Assembly (NCBI GenBank): GCA_028279595.1 | Contig: JANQNK010000021.1 | Span: forward strand, 1-45,153 | Length of the DNA: 45,153 nucleotides | Direction of reading: 5' to 3' | Source: Thermoplasmatota archaeon | Lineage (GTDB): Archaea; Thermoplasmatota; JAKEGO01 | Shown: positions 27,038 to 35,435 of the stretch, piece by piece | Position numbering within the stretch: position 1 is the first letter of the stretch | How the letters are laid out: every line of letters begins with the position of its first letter | Notes under the pieces: generated by a model | The model's input: only the letters and a program-made list of their open reading frames with translations | What the model was told of the DNA's origin: nothing | The model's database searches: none | Program-made: the position numbers and the translations under genes

Positions 27038-28519
27038 ATGAAGTGGACCGGCCCCCTCGAGAAGATCGATGATTTCAGGTATCGCATCCCCAGTGGTTAC
27101 AGGGACGAGATGAGCGTGGACGGGATCATCTATTCGAATGCCGAGATGATCTCCGACATCTCCATGGGCGACGCTCCCGAGCAGGTCGCGAACGTGGCGG
27201 CGCTGCCAGGGATCCTCAAGGCGTCCATGGCCATGCCGGACATCCACTGGGGCTACGGCTTCCCCATAGGCGGCGTGGCAGCGGTGTCGGCCGAGGACGG
27301 GGTCATCTCGCCGGGCGGCGTCGGTTTCGACATCAACTGCGGGGTACGCCTCGTGCGGACGGACCTGACGGCCGATGAGGTCGGTCCCCGGCTCAGGGAG
27401 CTCGTGGACGCTATGTTCGAGAACGTCCCGTCCGGGCTGGGTTCTAAGGGCCGGGTAAGGCTCTCCCGGAACGAGATCGAGAGAGTTGCCACGGACGGCG
27501 CGGCCTGGGCCGTCGAGAACGGCTACGGCTGGGACGATGACCTCGAGAGGCTCGAGGAGGAGGGACGGATGGACGGAGTGGACCCGGTGGTGGTCTCGGA
27601 GAAGGCCTACTCCAGGGGCGCCTCCCAGGTCGGGTCCCTTGGCGCTGGGAACCACTTCCTCGAGATCCAGAGGGTCGACGAGGTGTTCGAGCCCGCGGTT
27701 GCCAAGGCCTACGGGATCGATGATCCCGGGCAGGTCGTCGTCATGATCCATACCGGGTCCCGTGGTTTCGGCCACCAGATATGCACCGACAACCTGAGGG
27801 ACATGGAGCGCCTCTTCAGGAAGGACGGTGATTCGTTCTACTCGCCCGAGTTCGATATGAGGATCTACGACAGACAGCTCGTCGCGGCGCCCTTCGGCTC
27901 ACGGGTTTCAGAAAGGTACATCGGAGGGATGAAGGCGGCAGCGAACTTCGCGTGGGCGAACCGGCAGATGATCGTCCACTGGGTCAGGGCGTCCTTCGAG
28001 GACGTCATGGGAAGGAGCGCGGAGGACATGGGCATGGAGATCGTCTACGACGTGGCCCACAACATCGCGAAGCCCGAGGTCCACGAGGTGGATGGTAAGA
28101 GCACCGACGTCTGGGTCCACCGCAAGGGCGCGACCAGGGCCTTCGGGCCAGGGCGTCCGGAGGTTACCGCGAGATATAGGGACCACGGTCAGCCGGTGAT
28201 AATTCCGGGGGACATGGGGACAGCGAGCTACGTCCTTGCCGGGACCGGGGACGCCATGTCCGAGACGTTCGGATCGACCTGTCACGGAGCAGGGCGGGTA
28301 CTGTCGCGGAGTGCCGCGGTCAGGAGGTTCGATCCAAGGGCCATAAAGGAGGAGCTCCGGGCGAAGGGGGTGTACCTGAAGGCAGCCACGCCGAAGGTCG
28401 TTGCGGAGGAGTCGCCGAACGCCTACAAGGACGTCACTTCTGTGGTCGATACCGCTCACGGTGCCGGGATCTCGAGAAAGGTAGCGAAGATGACCCCGAT
28501 GGGCGTTGTAAAGGGATGA
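27038..28519 (+). CDS. rtcB: tRNA-splicing ligase RtcB
   Basis: MPDIHWGYGFPIGG, GFDINCG, GNHFLE, HTGSRG, HRKGAT, STCHGAGR and EESPNAYK. Confidence 0.97.
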   Translation: MKWTGPLEKIDDFRYRIPSGYRDEMSVDGIIYSNAEMISDISMGDAPEQVANVAALPGILKASMAMPDIHWGYGFPIGGVAAVSAEDGVISPGGVGFDINCGVRLVRTDLTADEVGPRLRELVDAMFENVPSGLGSKGRVRLSRNEIERVATDGAAWAVENGYGWDDDLERLEEEGRMDGVDPVVVSEKAYSRGASQVGSLGAGNHFLEIQRVDEVFEPAVAKAYGIDDPGQVVVMIHTGSRGFGHQICTDNLRDMERLFRKDGDSFYSPEFDMRIYDRQLVAAPFGSRVSERYIGGMKAAANFAWANRQMIVHWVRASFEDVMGRSAEDMGMEIVYDVAHNIAKPEVHEVDGKSTDVWVHRKGATRAFGPGRPEVTARYRDHGQPVIIPGDMGTASYVLAGTGDAMSETFGSTCHGAGRVLSRSAAVRRFDPRAIKEELRAKGVYLKAATPKVVAEESPNAYKDVTSVVDTAHGAGISRKVAKMTPMGVVKG

Positions 28520-28530
28520 CGAAGTGAAGT

Positions 28531-29634
28531 TCAGTTCCCGCCTATCCGTTCGTTGAGTCGGATCGCTGTCTCGACCGCGTCCAGCGCCTTCATCGCGGGT
28601 GCGTTGTCGGGGTCGTGCACCAGGGCCTCGTTGAACGAGCGCTGCGCGGCCTTCAATTTGTTCTGGTCCATCAGCACCACGCCCTTGTAGAAATGGGCCT
28701 TTGCGTGGGTGGGATCCTCGTCGAGTACTGCCTTGAAGTACCTGAGGGCCCTGTCGCCCTCCCCCGCGAGAGCGAGAGAGACAGCCATGTCGTACTTGTC
28801 CTCCTTAGCCTTGGGGTCCTGTGTCCTGATCCTGGACATAGCCTCCTTCAGGAGCGATCTGCTGAAGATGTAAAGTGTGGCGAAGAGGAGAAGGAGGGCG
28901 ACGACGAGGAATATCCAGGCCGCCAGGGGGTCGAGGGTCTCCTCGTAGGTGTCCTCGGCGATCCTCAGCTCCTTGTAGGTACTGTGGTTGACCCCGTGGT
29001 TCCCGACGACGGTCAGGCCCACCACATACCTTCCGGGCGATGTGTACTGGTGGACAGCGGTTGGCGACGTCTGGAGGCCGCTCGTGGACCCGTCGCCGTA
29101 GTCGAAGATGAACTTCAGGTCCTCGCCTGCCGAGTCCCGCGCATCGAACATTGTGTTGACGCCGGTCCTGTTGGCGCCCCAGATACTGAGCATGGGTTGC
29201 AGGGAGACCGAATGACATGTGAACTCGACGGATTCGTTCTCCCATGAGGCCGAGACAGTGATCGGGCCCACGGTGGTGCCCGTGGAGAGATGCACGGACG
29301 CCTTCCCTTCCGCGTCCGTGCCCACGTCGACCGCGGGGCCGGCGTGTCCGCCGCCCTCGAGGGAGCCCGTACCGTTACCTGAGATCTCGAAATGGACCGT
29401 CTCGCCCGACAGGGGAGCGTCCGATTCGATGAGGATTACGGTCAATGGGTCGTGAAGCCGGGTCGCGGGGAGGCCGCCCTGTCCGTCGCCGGAGAGAATC
29501 GTCAGCCCATCCGGGTGGACCTGCTGTCCGAGTTGAACCGGTGATGTGTCCGGACCGGTCGGTGCCGAGACGGTTGACACCATGAGAACGGTAAGAGCCA
29601 TAAGGACCGCAAGGGGCACCCGGAAAGCCATCAC
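28531..29634 (-). CDS. Signal peptide + Ig-like (Big_1) + PKD + TM + cytoplasmic TPR protein
   Basis: SGDGQ...TDAEGKAS (Ig-like); FDYGDG...HQYTSPGRY (PKD); one TM helix; TPRs (AHFYKGVVL...AL-HDPDN). Confidence 0.78.
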   Translation of the reverse strand: MMAFRVPLAVLMALTVLMVSTVSAPTGPDTSPVQLGQQVHPDGLTILSGDGQGGLPATRLHDPLTVILIESDAPLSGETVHFEISGNGTGSLEGGGHAGPAVDVGTDAEGKASVHLSTGTTVGPITVSASWENESVEFTCHSVSLQPMLSIWGANRTGVNTMFDARDSAGEDLKFIFDYGDGSTSGLQTSPTAVHQYTSPGRYVVGLTVVGNHGVNHSTYKELRIAEDTYEETLDPLAAWIFLVVALLLLFATLYIFSRSLLKEAMSRIRTQDPKAKEDKYDMAVSLALAGEGDRALRYFKAVLDEDPTHAKAHFYKGVVLMDQNKLKAAQRSFNEALVHDPDNAPAMKALDAVETAIRLNERIGGN

Positions 29635-29683
29635 CGTGCAATCGTGAGGCGCGTTTAAATAGTTTTACTGGGCGGGGCCGGGA

Positions 29684-30436
29684 TCAAATTCGCCTGGCTG
29701 TCACGAGGAAGCCGGAGTGGGCAGGGCCGGTGAATGACGGACGGAGCCCCTCATCCGACTTGGAGAGCTCCCATTCGCGATTTATCGATTCCCTGCACGT
29801 GGGCGCCGTGAACTCCTGACCGAACGAGCGCATCAGCCTCTCGACCTGTGTGGTGGTCGGTAAATAGGCCACCAGGTAGCCTCCCGGTCGAAGGACCCTT
29901 ATCGCGGCAGAGAGCACACCCCACGGCTCCGGTACGTCGAGGACCATCGCATCCGCGTCTACGATCGGGCAATCGGTGACGTCGCCGCTGTGGAAGTCCA
30001 CCCGGCCGGCGAATCCGGCGAGCTCGATGTTAGCCCTTGCGAGGTCCGTCGACGACTCCCTGAGGTCGAACGTATCGACGTGGCCGGTCTCGCCCACGTG
30101 GGAGGCGAGGACGATGGTGGCGCAGCCGGTTCCCGTGCCGCCCTCCACCACGCGGGAGCCGGGAGAGATGCCGGCGAGGTGGACGATCTGTGCCGCTGTC
30201 TCGGGAACTATTATCTGGGGCCCACGTTTCAGGACGTCCAGCGCGTCCCGCCACACGGGATGTGCGACAGTGAACTCCGAGCCGAGGAGTGAGATCCTTG
30301 CACCGGGTTCCGCGCCTACCACGGCCGATGTTGGGAGGACAGAATCGCCGTCCCGCAGGGGCTCGCCCGCCCGGACGAGGTGGGTGGTGCCGTCGGCGCC
30401 GATGAGGACCACGCGGTCCCCCTCGCCAACGGGCAT
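29684..30436 (-). CDS. trmI: tRNA (adenine-N1)-methyltransferase
   Basis: KRGPQII, VVEGGTGTG, LDVPEPW, YLPTTTQ and HSGFLV. Confidence 0.88.
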   Translation of the reverse strand: MPVGEGDRVVLIGADGTTHLVRAGEPLRDGDSVLPTSAVVGAEPGARISLLGSEFTVAHPVWRDALDVLKRGPQIIVPETAAQIVHLAGISPGSRVVEGGTGTGCATIVLASHVGETGHVDTFDLRESSTDLARANIELAGFAGRVDFHSGDVTDCPIVDADAMVLDVPEPWGVLSAAIRVLRPGGYLVAYLPTTTQVERLMRSFGQEFTAPTCRESINREWELSKSDEGLRPSFTGPAHSGFLVTARRI

Positions 30437-31269
30437 CAGACCTCCTCTGAGGTCATGAGGCGTATCAGCTTCTTGGTGAACCGCCTGTAGAAGTCGGTGT
30501 CGAAACGTATGAACCTCGCCAGCTCGTCGGACCTTTCGAAGGTGACGGTCTGGTCCGGTTCGATGGCGGCCTCGGCCTGGCCGTCGAGGACGAGCAGGGC
30601 GTCCTTCCCGTCGAGGAGGCGCACCTCTATCCGGCTGTCGGAGGAGACCACGAACGGACGGGCGGACAGTTTGAAGGGGGCGATCGGGACGATTATGAAG
30701 GCCTTGGCCTTCGGATCGACGATGGGCGACCCGACGCTGAGGGCGTAGCAGGTGGACCCGGTGGGCGTTGCGATGATCAGACCGTCCGCCCTGAACCTCA
30801 GGGGGTCGGATGTGTCGACCTGGACCTCGAAGTGACGCATCTTCGATATCTGTGTGGTGTGGATCACGGCCTCGTTGACCGCCGCGGGCTGGTGGTCCCC
30901 GCCCACGATGGTCGTCAGCTTGTTGCGGGCATCTATGGAGTAGTCCCCCAGGATCAACCGGGACACACCCTCCCGCCAGTCCTCGGGCTGTACCTCCGCG
31001 AGGAATCCGAGTGCGCCCATGTTGATGCTGAATATTGGATGCGTGGTGTGCTGCGCCGTCCTGAGGATGGTCCCGTCGCCGCCGATCGTTATGATGACGT
31101 CGATGTCCATGTCGTCGAGCGGGGCGGAATCGCCGTCCCAGCCGGTGGCCGCGGCGAACTGGTCGTCCAGTACGGCAGCCTCGTCGTGGCCGCGGATGAA
31201 CTCGGCGACGTCCGCCGCCATCTTGATCGCCTCTGGCATGTCAGGCCGCGCTGTCACACCGAATCTCAT
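30436..31269 (-). CDS. nadK: NAD kinase
   Basis: GGDGTILR, NMGALGFL, NE and DGLIIATPTGSTCYALSVG. Start taken at ATG 31269. Confidence 0.93.
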   Translation of the reverse strand: MRFGVTARPDMPEAIKMAADVAEFIRGHDEAAVLDDQFAAATGWDGDSAPLDDMDIDVIITIGGDGTILRTAQHTTHPIFSINMGALGFLAEVQPEDWREGVSRLILGDYSIDARNKLTTIVGGDHQPAAVNEAVIHTTQISKMRHFEVQVDTSDPLRFRADGLIIATPTGSTCYALSVGSPIVDPKAKAFIIVPIAPFKLSARPFVVSSDSRIEVRLLDGKDALLVLDGQAEAAIEPDQTVTFERSDELARFIRFDTDFYRRFTKKLIRLMTSEEV

Positions 31270-31326
31270 GGGACCGCATCGGGCTCTTAGAATAAAGTTT
31301 TTTATATTGTAAGCCATGGCCGGGGG

Positions 31327-32247
31327 ATGACCGGTGCTGGACGGGCGGTCGACGAGATACTCCGTCTCAGGGAGGAGAAGGGGTTGGCCATCATGGCCCA
31401 CAATTACCAGGTCCCGGAGGTCCAGGACCTGGCGGACATCGTCGGGGACTCGTTGTTCCTCGCGATGGAGGGGCTCAGGACCGGGGCCGACACTATCGTG
31501 TTCTGCGGGGTTGCCTTCATGGCCGAGACGGTAAAGGTGCTCAATCCGGAGAAGACCGTGGTGCACCCGGTGCCTGATTCACGCTGCCCTATGGCCGGTA
31601 TGGTCGATACGGAGACGCTCATGGCCCTGAAGGGGGAGAACCCCGGAGCCCCGGTTGTCACGTACGTCAACACAACGGCCGAGACGAAGGCGCTCTCCGA
31701 CATCTGCTGCACCTCGGCGAACGCCGTGAAGATCGTCAGATCGCTGCCGGACGAGAGGATCATCTTCGTCCCAGACCAGAACCTGGGGTCCTTCGTTCAG
31801 AGAATGGTCCCCGAGAAGGAGATCGTCCTGTACCCGGGATACTGCCACGTTCACATGGGAATATCGCTCGAGGACGTGGAGCGGCTCCGAAGGGAGCATC
31901 CGGAAGCGGAGGTACTGGTCCATCCGGAGTGCACGCCCGACGTCGTCGACGCCTCGGACCACGTCTATTCGACCGAGGGGATGATCAGACACGCAAGGGA
32001 CTCCGATGCGGATGAGTTCATCGTCCTCACCGAGAAGGAGCTCGCCTACAGGCTCTGGAAGGTCACGGGCAAGAGGGCCTACGCTCCAGACGCCACGTGT
32101 CCGAACATGAAGAAGATAACGCTGGAGGACGTCCTTTCGGCCGTCAGGGGGCTCGAGCCGACGGTCGAGCCGGACCCGGAACTCATGGTGAGGGCCAGGA
32201 TACCGATCCAGAGGATGCTGGACGTTGGGCGGGGCGACGAGGGATAG
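31327..32247 (+). CDS. nadA: Quinolinate synthase
   Basis: AHNYQ, GDSL, FCGV-FMAE, CPMA, YVNT, CTSAN, PDQNLG, HPEC and CPNMK. Confidence 0.96.
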   Translation: MTGAGRAVDEILRLREEKGLAIMAHNYQVPEVQDLADIVGDSLFLAMEGLRTGADTIVFCGVAFMAETVKVLNPEKTVVHPVPDSRCPMAGMVDTETLMALKGENPGAPVVTYVNTTAETKALSDICCTSANAVKIVRSLPDERIIFVPDQNLGSFVQRMVPEKEIVLYPGYCHVHMGISLEDVERLRREHPEAEVLVHPECTPDVVDASDHVYSTEGMIRHARDSDADEFIVLTEKELAYRLWKVTGKRAYAPDATCPNMKKITLEDVLSAVRGLEPTVEPDPELMVRARIPIQRMLDVGRGDEG

Positions 32248-32254
32248 TCAGGCC

Positions 32255-32652
32255 ACCCCATCATTTCCTGTGGAGATGGGTGTGTTTATCACGTTGCCGA
32301 CCTTGATTCTCAGGAACATTGAGAATTATCCTTTACATCATGAGACAATTAATTCAGGGACATTTCATGCTCGATCGGTGAGAGGTTCTCCCTGACGGAT
32401 AAGAGATCCTCTATGTGAATTCGATCCTCTATCATTACGCTCCGGGATCCGTGAGACTTTGGTAGGGATCGTGGATCCCATAATCGAAAATGTTATGAAT
32501 TCGATATCTTTCTTCTTGAATTAATTCAAATTTTCTTTTTTCTAATAGAAATATTTTTATATAATTTAATATATGACATTTGGGGTATTTACAAACAAAG
32601 AAATATATCAAACATTTACAAACAAGAATGTCTCCAGTGGAAATATTGGGGT
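32255..32652. other. Probable chromosomal replication origin (oriC)
   Basis: Inverted ORB-like 22-mers TCTCCACAGGAAATGATGGGGT (minus, 32255-32276) and TCTCCAGTGGAAATATTGGGGT (plus, 32631-32652) flank an extremely AT-rich core (~32510-32630) in the longest intergenic gap of the window. Confidence 0.75.
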
Positions 32653-32771
32653 CCCCCTATGCTCATCGATCATAATGCTCATTAAATGTTCTTTCAAGTC
32701 GATGGAATACGACCACCGGGGAAAGGCATAAGTAAATCCGAGCGAGTTCGTAGGTCCAGAGGTAAGATATC

Positions 32772-33056
32772 ATGGTCACCAAGGAGGATGTTCTCGAACG
32801 GCTCGGCAAGGTCATGGACCCGGAGACCGGCATCGATGTCGTAAACATGAAGTTGATAGCCGATCTGAATGTCAGCGATGATGGCGAGGTGTCCTTGACG
32901 TTCGTCCCATCATCACCGTTCTGCCCCCTCGGGATCCAGCTCGCGTTCGCAATAAAAGAGGCGGCGAAGGAGGTCGAGGGCGTGTCCAAGGTCAATGTGA
33001 AGGTGGACAATCACCTCCAGGCTGACATGATAAACGAAATGCTGGAAAAGGCATGA
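32772..33056 (+). CDS. DUF59/MIP18 (SufT-like) Fe-S cluster assembly protein
   Basis: VMDPETGIDVV-M-LI and PSSPFCP. Confidence 0.88.
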   Translation: MVTKEDVLERLGKVMDPETGIDVVNMKLIADLNVSDDGEVSLTFVPSSPFCPLGIQLAFAIKEAAKEVEGVSKVNVKVDNHLQADMINEMLEKA

Positions 33057-33607
33057 GAGAGTTCATCCTCTATTCAAGGAAGGGCCGGACATCCGGTGAC
33101 TTCGAGACCCTTATCGATGCTGGCAGACTTGATACGGTCTACCAGTGCATCCTGACATCCATGTTCATGTCCCACAGGATCCGGAGGGACACGAGGTTCC
33201 ACGCGATACTGAACGGTCCACCGGAACCACCGGGGCATCTCACGGTGGACGGCCCGACCCTCTACGATGTGAGGGTCGATGAGCGGACCTGGGAGGACAT
33301 CCTGAGGAAGGTGTTATCCGGCGGGGAACACGCTGGCGTCTCCTTCGAGAAGCGAGCCTATCAGTCGGTCGTGTCCGACCTGTCCGGTGCCTCCGTGTTC
33401 GTCCTCGAGGAGCGCGGAACGCCGATCGAGGATGCCGACTTCTCGGACCACAACGTGTTCATCGTCGGCGACCACGTCGGGCTTCCGAGGGCCGAGGAGA
33501 AGTACGCGCTAAGGACCGGAAAGAAGCTGTCCATCGGAAAGGCGCGGTACCTCTCTGCCAGCACGATCGACATCATCAATCACTACCTGGACAAGCGCGG
33601 GGTCTGA
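33053..33607 (+). CDS. trmY: tRNA (pseudouridine54-N1)-methyltransferase
   Basis: MREFIL, AGRLD, SHRIRRD, DER and SPOUT knot FIVGDHVG. Confidence 0.87.
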   Translation: MREFILYSRKGRTSGDFETLIDAGRLDTVYQCILTSMFMSHRIRRDTRFHAILNGPPEPPGHLTVDGPTLYDVRVDERTWEDILRKVLSGGEHAGVSFEKRAYQSVVSDLSGASVFVLEERGTPIEDADFSDHNVFIVGDHVGLPRAEEKYALRTGKKLSIGKARYLSASTIDIINHYLDKRGV

Positions 33608-33614
33608 AAAGCAC

Positions 33615-34550
33615 TTATGTCGAAAAGTATCTTGCGAAGAGATCGTCCACAGCGGAGTATGGGTCCAACTCCTTCGAGACGACCCGGTCCACCATCTCCG
33701 AATACTCTCCATCGCCCATCCGTCCGATGACCCTTTCCAGTGCCTGCTCCTCGATGAGAAGGCGCATCCAGTGGTCGGCGATCGTCCTTCCCCTGGCGTC
33801 GATCCCGGCGCCCTCGAGGTACTCGCGGTGGTCGGCAATTGCCTTCATCAGGTTCGTGAGCGTTCCCGGATCGTGGCCCACCGTCTTGACCACGGGCGGC
33901 ACCCATTCGTCCCTGTCCATAAGCGACAGCAACGATTCCAGCTGGACCACGAGCCTGTCCGCGTCGGGTCTGTCCGCCTTGTTGACCACGAAGACATCGC
34001 CGATCTCCATCAGCCCCGCCTTCATGACCTGGACGTCGTCGCCCAGTCCCGGGACCTCCACGACGAGCGTGGTATGGGACGCCCTTACGATGTCAACCTC
34101 GGCCTGACCCGCTCCGACCGTCTCTACCAGGATGGTGTCGAAGCCAGCGGCATCAAGTACGGTCACCGCGTCCGCGGTCGCGGGTCCGAGCCCGCCCAGG
34201 GAGCCCCGGCTCCCCATGCTCCGGACGAACACCTCCGGGTCCGTCGAATGTTCGACCATTCGTATCCGGTCCCCTAGGATCGCGCCGCCAGTGAACGGGC
34301 TGGTAGGGTCCACTGCAATTACACCCACCCTCTCGCCCCTCTCCCTCAGAACGGTTATCATGGCGTCGACGATGGTGCTCTTGCCCACCCCCGGTGGGCC
34401 GGTCATACCGATGATGTGCGCCCCTCCGGTGTGAGGGAAAAGGTCGCCGACGAGCCCCTTCCTTGTGCCCGGGTCGCCCTCGACCAACGTCAGCGCCTTC
34501 GCGATCGAACGCACGTCGCCGCCCCGCACGCCGTCGGCGAGCGCCGGCAT
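33615..34550 (-). CDS. meaB: Methylmalonyl-CoA mutase-associated GTPase MeaB/ArgK
   Basis: GPPGVGKST, AVDPTSPFTGGAILGDRIRM, ETVGAGQ and NKAD. Start is ATG 34550 or GTG 34556. Confidence 0.93.
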   Translation of the reverse strand: MPALADGVRGGDVRSIAKALTLVEGDPGTRKGLVGDLFPHTGGAHIIGMTGPPGVGKSTIVDAMITVLRERGERVGVIAVDPTSPFTGGAILGDRIRMVEHSTDPEVFVRSMGSRGSLGGLGPATADAVTVLDAAGFDTILVETVGAGQAEVDIVRASHTTLVVEVPGLGDDVQVMKAGLMEIGDVFVVNKADRPDADRLVVQLESLLSLMDRDEWVPPVVKTVGHDPGTLTNLMKAIADHREYLEGAGIDARGRTIADHWMRLLIEEQALERVIGRMGDGEYSEMVDRVVSKELDPYSAVDDLFARYFST

Positions 34551-34552
34551 CC

Positions 34553-35323
34553 TCACTGACCTCCGGAGACGATGCGAGTACCCACGGTAGAACCATCGGC
34601 CACGAGATCGGCGAGCCTCTCTGGGGCATGCCCGTTGACGATCCAGGTCTCTATTCCCGCCTCGGCCATCCTGAACATCCATTCGAGCTTTCCGCGAAGT
34701 GCTCCGGTCACGTCGGACTCAACCTCACCGAAGGAGACGGCCGTTTCCGGCGACACCTCCGTCAGGAGGATGGCGTCCTCCTCGGCGGGCGGTCTATCGA
34801 ACACGCCGTCTACGTCCGCGACAAAGACCGCCAATCGTGCGTCGAGGGACCTGGCGAACTCCATCATGAGCTGGTCGCCAGATATTATCGATACGCCCAT
34901 GGCCTCGTCGGCGACAACGTCCCCGAAGGTAACGGGCGTCATCCCCTGACGCGACCATCTTTCCGCGGCCTCTCCCGAGAAGGTCTTGATCCCCCCGTCG
35001 GAGGCGACGCATACGGACGAGGGCGGGATGGAAACAGGCTTCAGGCCAGCATCTGCCAGCGCGTTGATCACATGGAGGTTTAGCTCCCTGACGTCCGCCG
35101 AGATCCTGGCCACGGCAGCGTCGCGCTCCGGTACGTGGGGTCCCGAGCCCACGCCTGTCGCCTTTGCAACCTTGTGGCCGAAGGACCCCGCACCATGGAC
35201 GATCGCTACCGGCTCGTCTAATGCCGCGATCGATCCCGCGAGCCCGGCCAGGACATCTGGCAAGAGCGTCTTCTCGACGTCCTTGTCTGTAATGACGCTC
35301 CCGCCCAGCTTGATGACTATCAT
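34553..35323 (-). CDS. ipk: Isopentenyl phosphate kinase
   Basis: KLGGSVITDK, VHGAGSFGH, ISGD, DVDG and DVTG. Confidence 0.92.
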   Translation of the reverse strand: MIVIKLGGSVITDKDVEKTLLPDVLAGLAGSIAALDEPVAIVHGAGSFGHKVAKATGVGSGPHVPERDAAVARISADVRELNLHVINALADAGLKPVSIPPSSVCVASDGGIKTFSGEAAERWSRQGMTPVTFGDVVADEAMGVSIISGDQLMMEFARSLDARLAVFVADVDGVFDRPPAEEDAILLTEVSPETAVSFGEVESDVTGALRGKLEWMFRMAEAGIETWIVNGHAPERLADLVADGSTVGTRIVSGGQ

Positions 35324-35435
35324 CCAATCCGCAATCCCCGGGGGATTGATAAACGTTGCCGGTGGGGGGGCTTCCGGAAGCGGTAGTGTTAAATAGGACG
35401 GGCAGCCAAATTAAAGGCTAACTGGGAGGACCCAA

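Noticed and set aside
32255-32652. Inverted 22-mers read as MITE terminal inverted repeats
   Set aside because: No target-site duplication is evident, and the sequence fits the ORB consensus with an AT-rich core. Not formally excluded without the rest of the genome.
30436-34682. N-terminal extensions in the ORF track (nadK from 31566, meaB from 34682; likewise GT2 from 23914 and padR from 17919)
   Set aside because: The extensions overlap neighbouring genes, a tRNA or promoters. Family homology begins at downstream starts.
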